Source: Patescibacteria group bacterium
GTDB taxonomy: Bacteria > Patescibacteriota > Patescibacteriia > Magasanikbacterales > GWA2-37-8
Assembly: GCA_022710645.1 (NCBI GenBank)
Contig: JAKLGL010000002.1
Span: forward strand, 14,337-78,336
DNA length: 64,000 nucleotides
Reading direction: 5' to 3'
A program made the position numbers and the translations under genes. The notes beneath the pieces are model-generated. The model saw only the letters and a program-made list of their open reading frames with translations, was not told the DNA's origin and did no database searches. The stretch's first letter is position 1, and each line of letters opens with the position of its first letter. Positions 38,489 to 48,176 of the stretch are shown here, in pieces.

Positions 38489-41400
38489 TTATGGGGTTGG
38501 TTCTTCAGCTGGTGGAGTCTCTTCTTCAGCTGGTGGTGTTGGTTCTTCAACTGGTGGTGTTGGTTCTTCAACTGGTGGGGTTGTGGTGACTATTTCTTCA
38601 GTAGTAGATGGTGTCTCAACCATCCCTTCTTCCCCTCCTTGTAAAGGAGGGGTCATCACCTCACCCTCGCCTCCTTCTTGAGGAGGGGCTGGGGGTGGTG
38701 TTACTACAAACTTTCTCTTTGCAATTACCATCCAATCAAAAGTAGAAGAAGATATACCACCATTTAATTCTTTAACCACAAAACCTGTGGCTAATTTTTC
38801 TTTGACATATATGCCACCACATTCACCTGTCAGAGTAATATTAACTTTGAGCGGCTGAGTTTCGTCAATGAGTTCGCAAGTATCAGTATCAAAATTGATA
38901 ATTGCTTCGCCATTTATGAGTTCTGATGAACTAGAAAATACAAATTCCGAATATGGTGATTGCATAGCAAACATTTCTTTGGTGTTACCATCGCTGGTTT
39001 GGATCCTGGTGATAAATTGACCATTTTCATCAATCGCCCATTTATTATCAACACCTGTAATATTTTTTACATTTAACAGTGCATAATTTTGTAAATCTAG
39101 ATCTCCGCCAGAATAAGTTAGACTTCCACCAGATTGTTGAACACTTAAAGTTGTAGAAACCGCTTCGCGTAAAGCCTCAATTTCCGCTTGTTGAACCTTG
39201 GCTACTTCTATTAAAAATGCCGTTAATTTTGGATAATCAACTGATTTATAGGTAGTACTTACATCAGTATAAACAAGTTCAGGTAAAACTAATTCTAATT
39301 CTTGAGCCACAACACCAATCTGTCTTCTATCATCATTTGTAGGATAAGTAGAAGTGTTCCAATAATAATATATTCCCCTTAAATTAGTTAAAGCTTCTAA
39401 AACATTTTTTTCAGCATTGATAGAAATAATTTCTTTTTTAAAACGAACATCTGATTGTGTACACGACCCAAAACTACTATATAATATGCCTGAATTATCA
39501 ACACAAACTTCATGAGTTCCGTTTCCACTTAAGTTAGTTATTTGAGCTGAGCCATTTATATAAACACCTAATTGACCAGACGCACCCGCATCGACAACTA
39601 ATCTCCAATTGGAAACATTTACAGCTCCGATACCTACTCTGGTAGCTGAGGTACCCGAACCACGGACATGCAAAGCCGGATTACTTGTTTGTCCAGAACC
39701 ACTAAAACCTATTCCTAAACTACTACTTATACTATTTGTATAATATTGACCCAAAGAAAATCCATAATTTATATTATTACTAACTTTTGCATTGTCGCCA
39801 ATTGCATAAGAAGATGTATTGTTCATTCCGATTGTTGCACCAGCTCCAAGAGCATAAGAAAAAACAGATCCTTCATCTACTATAGATTGCCAACCCAAGG
39901 CATAACTTGAACCACCTCTGCTCTTTGCTCCTTTTCCTATAGCAACTGCATGATTAACAAAATTGGGAAAACCTAACACAGTATAATAACCAGCCCAAGC
40001 CTCTTCACCAAAAGCAAATGAAGTAACACCCCCAGCTATTGCTTTATAACCAAAAGCGAAAGAATTATTACTTACTACATTACCAAATAAACCTCCACTT
40101 AAAATCTGGCTTTCTTCACCGCCGGCAAAAGAATAATATGCTAAATTTGTAGTTGTAACATTTTTACCAAAAGCTATTGAGTAGGCTCCACCAGCGTAAC
40201 TTCCTGTGCCAAGAGCAAAAGAACTTGTACCCATAGCAGTATTATTATTACCTATAGAAAAACTGCCTTGTTTTCCAAGAGCCGCAGAACCATAACCCAT
40301 TGCTATACTGCCATCATTATTAATACTAAAAACATTTATACCAGTTGAAGAAGCAAAACTAACTATAGATGAATTTCCATTTTCTGTATCTCCTACCACT
40401 CTAAAAGTTGAATTTAGACTATTCTGGCTACCCACAGCAAAAGAACCTCTTATATAAGAATTATTTGTACCTGGATGACCGACCAAAGAAACTCCAATAT
40501 TGTTTGTCGTGTCATATAGTTCTAACACACCCCACCATTTATTTCCAATATCTTGATTCATAACAAGAGCACCGCCAACACTAGATGTATTGCCAGTTAA
40601 AAGAATGCCGTCATAACTATTCATAGTATGGACATGTAATTTGGTCCAGGCAGTTGTCGTCCCAATCCCCACATTTCCATTATTATCAATTGTCATTTTT
40701 TCCGTTAAACTCCCTTCATTATTAGTATAAAAAGCTAAACGACCGGTGGAAGAGCTGGAACCATTCAAAAGACCGGCAATACTAGCAACTGTACTAGAAC
40801 TATTAGAACTAATATTTCCATAAGGATCGACACTAGAATTTATTATGGAAATAAAATCAATACCTGGTCCCATACCATCGGCAGAGCTGACGTTTCTTCT
40901 AGCCGAAACTTTAAGAGCCGTATATTTAGAATTACCGCTTGCACTTCTTTCAAAAATCGGAGCTTTATCATAAGACGTGGCTACAGTATGCAAAATTCCA
41001 CTTGGACTAGTTGTGCCAATACCAATATTTCCACCATCTTCAATGAATAAACGTGTAACTCCGTGTGTTCTAAAACCAATAGGTAAATAGCTACCCAATA
41101 CAGCATCGTTTGCAATATAATGAGCAAAACCTGTATAACCACTTGAAGATACGTTAGAAGAAATTGATAAAACTCCCGTACTACTAACAATGTCAATTGA
41201 ACCGCCTTCAACGTGTAATTTTGCCAAAGGTGTAGAAGTTCCGATACCCACCCTTCCGTTTTCTAATATATTTAAATTATTTGATCCTTCTCCGTTCGCT
41301 TGAGTATAAAAACCCAATCTTGTTCCGTTTTGTTTTATAGACCAAGTACTTGTGCCGATATTTAAATTATCCACCCAAAGAGCATTCCATCTAGTCGTAG

Positions 41401-42925
41401 AAGCGCCGAGATTATAAACACTCATATTTCCTGTTCCTCCAGTCATATCCGGAATAACGTTGCGTAAAGTAGAAGTGCCGGCTACAGATAATAAAGTTAA
41501 AGGACTAACTGTCCCAATCCCAACATTACCACCCATAATTGCCATTGTGTTTGAATTTGTAATTGTATTATAAGCATCACTTAAAGAAATACCGAAAGAA
41601 TCATTGCCGCTAATTGTCATTCTTCTTCCAAAAATCGTAGAATAATTACCAGAAATTGAACTATCTTCAGCACTTCCAATAAAGGAAAAACCGCCTGAAA
41701 TATTATTTGATCCACCATTTGCAATAAAAGATTTTGAACCAGATACTGTGTTATAAGTTCCACCCCCTATAGAAGAAGCTTCTGATCCAGATTCAATTTT
41801 ATTTTGATAACCACCAGCAATAAATGAAAATGTACCTGTGGTGCTATTTCCATTTCCAAATGCAGCGCTCCAATTACCAGCAACCACATTAGCATTCATC
41901 GCAATACCATATTTATTTGTTATAATTTTAAAAATACTACTCGTCACCCAATTTTCTCCTCCATTATTTACCAAAAGCTGTCCAATATCACCACTGGGCA
42001 ATCCCCCGCCCAAATCACTCCAAGCCGTTCCGTTGTAATATCTAAACTTGTGGGATGTTGTATTGTAATAAAGATGACCGTCTATATTATTAACACTATC
42101 CAATTCCATATTTGAGCCCAATCTCGGGATCAAAATACCACGTTGCGTTGAAGAAACTTCAAACGCCACGGATGTTGTGGAAACATTTATGTTATGGCCG
42201 ATTGCAACCTGTCCGGAATTGAAGACGACGAAAGAAGAAGTGGCTACGCCGTTTTTATTAAAATGTATAAGATCACCAGTACCTAATTGTATTCCTCTCA
42301 ACAATGCACTCGAAGTAAGATAAGTTGAAGTTATGCCAGTAATAAAATTGGAAACATTCGGAACACAAAAACCTACAGAACCGTTACACCCACTATAAGT
42401 TCCCGGTAAACCCTCATCAGTTGTACATGAAGCGCCGTCGTGAATTTCACAGGTCAAACCGTCGGCATTACAATCATAATATCCGGTTTTACAAACACTG
42501 CAATTTGTCGCTCCTGGTTGAGAAGCCCACTTACCGGCCACACATTCGGTTACACGATTCAAGGTATTGCAAGATGATGAAGGACTACACCAAAAACTTC
42601 CGCTATTATCACAATACGGAGCTGCCGCATCCAAATAATCACAATCCACAACATAACCACCATAAGTTCCACCTCCGTTATTATTTGTAGAATTTACCCC
42701 AGGAACCAAACCAAATAACGTTGAAGAATTATACCACTGAGCCACACTGCCACTTAAACCGCACATTACTTCGCCTGGTCCAGCCAATTGACCACTATAC
42801 GTAGTAGGGCATTGTTTAGGATCAGCTTTCCAATTTGCCGCTTTGGAAATATCAACAAAAAATACAAAAGCACCTAACACAAACAAAACAATCATTATTG
42901 TTTTTATCAAAAAGTCTATTCTCAT
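38489..42925 (-). CDS. Giant secreted fibre/adhesin-like protein (about 1480 aa): signal anchor, Cys-rich N-terminal module, GIGT-repeat region, peptidase S74 intramolecular-chaperone autoprocessing domain, Pro/Glu-rich C-terminal tail
   Basis: S74 chaperone signature SDVRFKKEIISINAEKNVLEALTNLRGIYYYWN...QIGVVAQELELVLPELV. Repeated (N/R)VGIGT motifs. C-terminal PPVEEPTPP repeats. Start chosen at MRIDFLIKTIMIV (ATG 42923-42925), which is paralogous to the N-terminus of the neighbouring gene. Confidence 0.8.
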   Translation of the reverse strand: MRIDFLIKTIMIVLFVLGAFVFFVDISKAANWKADPKQCPTTYSGQLAGPGEVMCGLSGSVAQWYNSSTLFGLVPGVNSTNNNGGGTYGGYVVDCDYLDAAAPYCDNSGSFWCSPSSSCNTLNRVTECVAGKWASQPGATNCSVCKTGYYDCNADGLTCEIHDGASCTTDEGLPGTYSGCNGSVGFCVPNVSNFITGITSTYLTSSALLRGIQLGTGDLIHFNKNGVATSSFVVFNSGQVAIGHNINVSTTSVAFEVSSTQRGILIPRLGSNMELDSVNNIDGHLYYNTTSHKFRYYNGTAWSDLGGGLPSGDIGQLLVNNGGENWVTSSIFKIITNKYGIAMNANVVAGNWSAAFGNGNSTTGTFSFIAGGYQNKIESGSEASSIGGGTYNTVSGSKSFIANGGSNNISGGFSFIGSAEDSSISGNYSTIFGRRMTISGNDSFGISLSDAYNTITNSNTMAIMGGNVGIGTVSPLTLLSVAGTSTLRNVIPDMTGGTGNMSVYNLGASTTRWNALWVDNLNIGTSTWSIKQNGTRLGFYTQANGEGSNNLNILENGRVGIGTSTPLAKLHVEGGSIDIVSSTGVLSISSNVSSSGYTGFAHYIANDAVLGSYLPIGFRTHGVTRLFIEDGGNIGIGTTSPSGILHTVATSYDKAPIFERSASGNSKYTALKVSARRNVSSADGMGPGIDFISIINSSVDPYGNISSNSSSTVASIAGLLNGSSSSTGRLAFYTNNEGSLTEKMTIDNNGNVGIGTTTAWTKLHVHTMNSYDGILLTGNTSSVGGALVMNQDIGNKWWGVLELYDTTNNIGVSLVGHPGTNNSYIRGSFAVGSQNSLNSTFRVVGDTENGNSSIVSFASSTGINVFSINNDGSIAMGYGSAALGKQGSFSIGNNNTAMGTSSFALGTGSYAGGAYSIAFGKNVTTTNLAYYSFAGGEESQILSGGLFGNVVSNNSFAFGYKAIAGGVTSFAFGEEAWAGYYTVLGFPNFVNHAVAIGKGAKSRGGSSYALGWQSIVDEGSVFSYALGAGATIGMNNTSSYAIGDNAKVSNNINYGFSLGQYYTNSISSSLGIGFSGSGQTSNPALHVRGSGTSATRVGIGAVNVSNWRLVVDAGASGQLGVYINGSAQITNLSGNGTHEVCVDNSGILYSSFGSCTQSDVRFKKEIISINAEKNVLEALTNLRGIYYYWNTSTYPTNDDRRQIGVVAQELELVLPELVYTDVSTTYKSVDYPKLTAFLIEVAKVQQAEIEALREAVSTTLSVQQSGGSLTYSGGDLDLQNYALLNVKNITGVDNKWAIDENGQFITRIQTSDGNTKEMFAMQSPYSEFVFSSSSELINGEAIINFDTDTCELIDETQPLKVNITLTGECGGIYVKEKLATGFVVKELNGGISSSTFDWMVIAKRKFVVTPPPAPPQEGGEGEVMTPPLQGGEEGMVETPSTTEEIVTTTPPVEEPTPPVEEPTPPAEEETPPAEEPTP

Positions 42926-42954
42926 GGTTGTTTTGGATCGTATTCTCATATATT

Positions 42955-45594
42955 TTATTTGCAACAACTTATAGCTTTGGAGCTCACACATGTGGAAAGC
43001 CAGCCTTGTCCTCCACCGACAGTGCCCGTATATTCCCAAAAAGCTCCTAGATAATTTAAAGATGAAGTGGTATATCCCCCGCAATCATTGGCATAAGCTG
43101 TATAACCAGGCGGGCCTTCGGCAATCCAAGCTTGAGGTAATCCGGAAAATTTACTAAAATTATTTACGCGAATGAAAGAAATTATTTCTCCACTAAAACA
43201 GAAATGATAACCTGGGTAATAATAATTACAAATAGCATTGGCTGCTTGGTATCCTTTTAAAATTCCAGAACTAAAATCTCCATTAGTGGTTATAGGCGTT
43301 GTAGTAACATCGGTTATCGGGACAACCCAACCCAAAGTCGGATCAAAACAATTTGTTCCATTAACATCACAATATAGATTCGATCTTATTCCTGAATTAT
43401 GAGTCGAAGTTGCTTGAAAAGCGACTTGGGCCGTGAATGTAGCGTTGGTCACATTCAAATTTGTAATTGTAGAAGATGTGATTGTAGCATTGGCAATTGT
43501 CGAAGTTCCGATATTTGCAGTAATGATAGTGGAGCTAACGATGGTCGCTTCGTCGGCAAATAGATTTTTAAACCATCCAGTCAACCAACGTAATAATGAA
43601 TTACCCAAACTATACGTTTCCGTAATTTCCGGCATAACATTGTGCATGGTCGATGTTTGAGTTATTAACATCTGACCGTCAACAGTCAAGGTCGCGCCAG
43701 GCGTGGTAGTACCTATACCAACATTTCCATCAAACGAAACTATTTTATTTTGATACCACCTAATAGTAGTACTATTATATGCATAACCTAAGTAGCCATA
43801 ATTGAAAGTATTATCATTTCCACGAGCTCCTATCTGATAAATAGTAGTGGAATCATCTTCTTGAAAATTTAACATAGCCCTAGCCCAACTTCCGATAGAT
43901 GGTGAATCATCTTTTCTAACAATGACACTTCCATTATTTAATAAAACACTGGTAAAATTACCATCAACTTCCAAAGAAGCTCTGGGGTTAACTGTGTTTA
44001 TACCAACATATCCACTAGTAGATGAAACAAAAATCGCCGACGTAGCTGTAAGAACATTTCCGTTTGAAGCATAATAGAGAATTTGTCCTCTCGTGCCGGA
44101 AGGAATCATTCCAAGTGATGAAGTGTTAGTCCATTCCGGATAGCCAGAGGAACTAACCATGAGAATTTGCCTTTGAACTCCGGCATTTCCGTTAAATCTC
44201 AAAACGCCGTTTTCAATATGCATCCCTCCTTCAACCATTAACATCGAATCCCAGCCGTCATCGCCGGTAGTTGAACCGATAGCTAAAGTACTGCTAGCAA
44301 AAAAAGAATGACCACTGGCTGCAAGCATAGTGTGCGGTTGAGAAGGATCAAAATTTTCATAATAAAGACCTACAGCCCCGTTGGACGTAACTCCGGTAAA
44401 ATCCATATTTCCAAAACCGCCTAATAGATTTCCATTGGATCCATAAATTCCAAAACCGCCATAAGTACCAACATCCATTTGCACATTAAGCGCATAATTT
44501 AAAGTCGTGGTATTAATACCCACTTTCCCATCCGCACCCCAAACTCCCAACGGAAAAGTTGTTGTCATATTAAACGTGTGTTGACCAGACCAAGAAAAAT
44601 CTTGCGTTGTACTGACAGTAAATTCATATCCACTCAAATTCAATCCGCTTCCGGCAGTGTACACTCCCCCGCCAGTATTTAATTTCGTCTCACCCCAATA
44701 AAGATCACCGTTGTAATTATAAAATTGATTAGGCGCGGACGAAGTGGCAGAGGTTGAAGTCATAAATACTGTGCCGTCATTTTTCACTATAAAAATATTT
44801 GACGAAGTCGCATTGCCAAAATTTATCAAATCGCCTTCACCATATTGTCTGCCCCAAAGCAGAGGTGAGGTGGTGGCAAATATAGCTTCAATACCAGTCA
44901 CAAAAGTTGAAGTGGCAATAATACACTGACAAGAGCCGTTATAAACACCTTGCAAACCTCCAGCTCCGGTACAAGTTGTCACTCCCACATTAACTTCGCA
45001 ACCATCACCGGCTCCAGGACCGGAGGCATTACAATCAACATAATTCGTATCGCATTGGCAAGTACAAGAAGCACCGATATTATTATTGGCTCCGACAGAA
45101 CAATTGGTAGAATTGGTTTGCACTTCGCAAACACTCGGCGTCGCATCACAATCTTGATAACCGGAAATACAATTATTTCCGCAAGCCGAAGTTCCCCAAA
45201 CATTTTCCGTACACACGGTTTCTTTGTGATTTGTTCCATAACAAGTTTCGTTTCGATCGCACCAAAAGTTTCCGTTATTATCGCAACGCGCTCCAGCTCC
45301 GTCGTCAGTAGCAAAACAATTTATCAAATAACCTCCGGAAAACGAACTTGAATAATTAACGTTGGAAGTAGAAGAAACCGATGGTGGAATCAAGCCGGCA
45401 GTGGTAAAACATTGAGCCGTACCGGACAAATCACCGCAAATATTTTGCGGTGTGCAGTTTTGTCCTGGAAATGACGGACTGGTAGCCGGACATAAAGCGG
45501 GATTAGTAACCCATAATTCCGCAGCTTTGGTAACATCAACAAAAAATATAAACAAACCAAACACAAACAACACGATCATTATCGTTTTCATCAT
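42955..45594 (-). CDS. Secreted Cys-rich fibre/adhesin-like protein (about 880 aa), paralog of the giant protein at the N-terminus and of the 411-aa protein at the C-terminus
   Basis: N-terminal MMKTIMIVLFVFGLFIFFVDVTKA signal anchor. Shared motif TGWFKNLFADEATIVSSTIITANIGTSTI. C-terminal domain ending ...GAFWE...CCK. Confidence 0.8.
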   Translation of the reverse strand: MMKTIMIVLFVFGLFIFFVDVTKAAELWVTNPALCPATSPSFPGQNCTPQNICGDLSGTAQCFTTAGLIPPSVSSTSNVNYSSSFSGGYLINCFATDDGAGARCDNNGNFWCDRNETCYGTNHKETVCTENVWGTSACGNNCISGYQDCDATPSVCEVQTNSTNCSVGANNNIGASCTCQCDTNYVDCNASGPGAGDGCEVNVGVTTCTGAGGLQGVYNGSCQCIIATSTFVTGIEAIFATTSPLLWGRQYGEGDLINFGNATSSNIFIVKNDGTVFMTSTSATSSAPNQFYNYNGDLYWGETKLNTGGGVYTAGSGLNLSGYEFTVSTTQDFSWSGQHTFNMTTTFPLGVWGADGKVGINTTTLNYALNVQMDVGTYGGFGIYGSNGNLLGGFGNMDFTGVTSNGAVGLYYENFDPSQPHTMLAASGHSFFASSTLAIGSTTGDDGWDSMLMVEGGMHIENGVLRFNGNAGVQRQILMVSSSGYPEWTNTSSLGMIPSGTRGQILYYASNGNVLTATSAIFVSSTSGYVGINTVNPRASLEVDGNFTSVLLNNGSVIVRKDDSPSIGSWARAMLNFQEDDSTTIYQIGARGNDNTFNYGYLGYAYNSTTIRWYQNKIVSFDGNVGIGTTTPGATLTVDGQMLITQTSTMHNVMPEITETYSLGNSLLRWLTGWFKNLFADEATIVSSTIITANIGTSTIANATITSSTITNLNVTNATFTAQVAFQATSTHNSGIRSNLYCDVNGTNCFDPTLGWVVPITDVTTTPITTNGDFSSGILKGYQAANAICNYYYPGYHFCFSGEIISFIRVNNFSKFSGLPQAWIAEGPPGYTAYANDCGGYTTSSLNYLGAFWEYTGTVGGGQGWLSTCVSSKAISCCK

Positions 45595-45686
45595 CAAATC
45601 AAATTGTGTTGCTGTCCTACTATACATATTTTCTTTTTTGTAGCTTTACAAACTTTATAACTTTATGAACTTTATAAACTTATTTT

Positions 45687-46922
45687 TTATTTACAACAAG
45701 CTATAGGTTTGGTAACACTACAATTTACTAACCAACCGGCGCCGCCGGTAGTATTTTCAAATTCCCAAAACGCGCCCAAAGCCGACGGACTGCTGGTAGT
45801 CCAACCGATACAATCATTGGCATTTGCCGTATATCCGGGCGGACCGTTGGCAATCCAAGCCGTTCCTGCAAAATTGGAAATATCGTTGTCATCATAAATC
45901 ATTTTGATAATATCCTCGGCAGTGCAAAAATGATATCCAATATATTGACTGCGACAAATATTATCAGCGGCTCTGTAACCGCGAAGTGTCCCGGTGGAAA
46001 AATAACCGTTGGTTACCCCGGTGGTCGTACTCATTTGTAAAGCGGTAGAACCCCAACCACTAACACTGGGATCAAAACAATTATTTCCATCTTTATCACA
46101 AATCTGTCCGGCCATGATAGTGTTTGAAACCGTCAAATTTTCCGTATAAAAATTGGAGGACGTGGCGTTAACGGCGTTTAAATACGTTATTGTCGAACTG
46201 GTAATTGTGGCGTTTTCAATAGTCGAGGTTCCGATATTAGCATTGATCAAAGTAGAACTCACAATAGTCGCTTCGTCGGCAAACAAATTTACAAACCACC
46301 CTGTTAACCATTTAAAAATTGAACTTCCTAAACTAAACAAACCATTGGTTTGAGGAATAATATTTTGAACCGTAGAAGTTTGAGTCACATTTAAATTACC
46401 ATTCACATTCATATCACCAGTGGTAGTTACACTATTAAAACTGATATTTCCCTCATTGTCCGTTACCGGAATATAAGCGGTCGTTGTCGGTGTAGAAGTG
46501 GCTTCCAAACCGTTTAAATATCTAGCATTAAAAGCATATGGCACTGTTGCGATATGTTTACGCGGAGACAAAACTTGTCCTTCAACCGTAACTTGCAAAT
46601 AAATTACATCGTTATTCTTAAATATTTCCGAATCAAGCGGAGTAGTGCCTGGATCTCCGAGTAATATACTAAACAAACCACTACTTGGAGTAACAGCATT
46701 GGTTGTCGCATAAAGCGCACTTCCGCCGGTTGAGGTATTAAACAATTCAAAGGTCATTGTCAAAGAAGTACTGGCGGAAATTCCGTTTTCCAAAATTTTA
46801 CCTTGATAACTGATAATTGAAGGTGGATTGGCAGCATCAGATTTAAGAGACAGTAAAACAAAAACTGTCACTACTGTCAGCAGTCCTATGACTAGTTTAA
46901 GTTTTGTACTGTAATTACCCAT
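45687..46922 (-). CDS. Secreted protein (411 aa), shorter paralog sharing the NLFADEATIVSST motif and the C-terminal Cys-rich ...CCK domain
   Basis: Signal anchor. C-terminal alignment to the 890-aa protein (GPPGYTA.ANDC.G.TTSS...LGAFWE...CCK). Confidence 0.75.
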   Translation of the reverse strand: MGNYSTKLKLVIGLLTVVTVFVLLSLKSDAANPPSIISYQGKILENGISASTSLTMTFELFNTSTGGSALYATTNAVTPSSGLFSILLGDPGTTPLDSEIFKNNDVIYLQVTVEGQVLSPRKHIATVPYAFNARYLNGLEATSTPTTTAYIPVTDNEGNISFNSVTTTGDMNVNGNLNVTQTSTVQNIIPQTNGLFSLGSSIFKWLTGWFVNLFADEATIVSSTLINANIGTSTIENATITSSTITYLNAVNATSSNFYTENLTVSNTIMAGQICDKDGNNCFDPSVSGWGSTALQMSTTTGVTNGYFSTGTLRGYRAADNICRSQYIGYHFCTAEDIIKMIYDDNDISNFAGTAWIANGPPGYTANANDCIGWTTSSPSALGAFWEFENTTGGAGWLVNCSVTKPIACCK

Positions 46923-47046
46923 ATTTAAATTGCAAGATTACAAGATTGCAATATTTAAAGATTAATAGCTTTTGCCGATTATTACTGTTCCCTCCTTGGA
47001 TGCATTTGGAACATCCAAAAGTAATAATCGCTAATAAACTATCAAC

Positions 47047-47259
47047 TTATTGTAAAAGACGATCAATACTCCCCTGAGTCAAAATATGAGCCAGCGATGT
47101 AAGTGTTTGTAATGTCGGATTAACATTAAAACCACCTTCCAATTTTGCCAAATTGGAAAGCCTCAAATCCGCACTGCGCGCCAACATTTCTTGAGATATC
47201 CCCTTGCTCAAACGTAAACGCTTGAGATTGGCGCTAAATTTTTTTGTATCTACTTTCAC
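47047..47259 (-). CDS. XRE-family (Cro/CI-type) HTH transcriptional regulator, 70 aa
   Basis: LKRLRLSKGISQEMLA helix-turn-helix. Located directly upstream of, and co-oriented with, the adhesin-like gene array. Confidence 0.7.
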   Translation of the reverse strand: MKVDTKKFSANLKRLRLSKGISQEMLARSADLRLSNLAKLEGGFNVNPTLQTLTSLAHILTQGSIDRLLQ

Positions 47260-47848
47260 ACGAATAACTTATATATCAATATAATGATAGTTATTAATAG
47301 AAAGCTATTTTTAGATATCAATTAATAAATAGCATTTTATAACTATCAATATATAGAATTATAATATCATAAAAATCGATTTTTCTGAAAATAAGAGGTG
47401 TGGATAACTATAAGTTTATAAAGTTTACCCCGTTAAATCCCCGTAGGGGTCTGCCTTTGGCAGAATTTAACAGGGGTAAATAAAGTCTATAAAGTCCGTA
47501 AAGTCCCAAAAATATCAACTAAACGACCGAAATGATCGGTAGAATTTTCAATTTTTAATTTTACAATTTTTAATGAATTTTCAATTTACATTAATTTGTC
47601 ATTCCCGCCTACGAGCGGGAATCCAGTGGTTTTTTTTATATTTCCTGGATCCCTGCTGCAGTTTATCCGCCTATGGCTGGCAGGGATGACACTGCAATCC
47701 CCCATCGGGGATCCCTCTTTTTTTACTATGATTATATTGATATCAATATAAAGATATATACCAAACAACAAAAAATCCCGTTTTCACGGGACTTTATGGA
47801 CCTTATAAACTTTATGGACCTGCCTACCGGCAGGCAGGCTTTACAGAC
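47260..47848. other. Complex structured intergenic region. It contains AT-rich ATCAATAT-type palindromes, one DnaA-box 9-mer (TGTGGATAA), inverted arrays of the 9-bp ACTTTATRG repeat (47481-47507 and 47789-47819) bracketing a roughly 280 bp segment with AATTTTCAATTT iterons, two strong hairpin terminators, and a copy of the CCTGCCTACCGGCAGGCAGG palindrome at 47827-47846.
   Basis: All elements read directly from the sequence. Confidence 0.6.
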
Positions 47849-48169
47849 TTAAATATTTTTATCAATCATTCCTTGTAATTTTTCTTTTTGCACTCCTCCG
47901 GTAACGGTTTCTACCGGTTGGCCGCCTTTAAAAACAATAAAAGTCGGAATACTCATGACATTATATTGACTGGCCACATCACTGTTTTCATCAACATTAC
48001 ATTTAACTATTTTGATATCCTTATCTTTGTTATCTTCTATCAATTCTCCCAAAACTCCGAGCATCATTTGGCAGGGTCCGCACCACGGAGCCCAAAAATC
48101 CACTAATACAGGAATATTTGAGTCTAAAACTTCCTCCTTAAAATTAGTTGAGCTTACATTATTTTCCAT
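47849..48169 (-). CDS. trxA: Thioredoxin
   Basis: WAPWCGPCQ active site. Confidence 0.9.
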   Translation of the reverse strand: MENNVSSTNFKEEVLDSNIPVLVDFWAPWCGPCQMMLGVLGELIEDNKDKDIKIVKCNVDENSDVASQYNVMSIPTFIVFKGGQPVETVTGGVQKEKLQGMIDKNI

Positions 48170-48176
48170 AAACAAA

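Noticed and set aside
42421-45351. Several 60-130 aa antisense and alternate-frame ORFs inside the giant fibre genes (for example 44950-45351 and 42421-42690)
   Set aside because: They are embedded in long, paralogue-supported coding frames; their low-complexity composition is typical of shadow ORFs.
47260-47420. Chromosomal replication origin (AT-rich tract with a perfect DnaA box TGTGGATAA)
   Set aside because: Only one box is present, with no clustered boxes and no dnaA/dnaN nearby. Two further isolated perfect 9-mers (7596-7604, 53493-53501) are not statistically compelling for 128 kb of searched strand.
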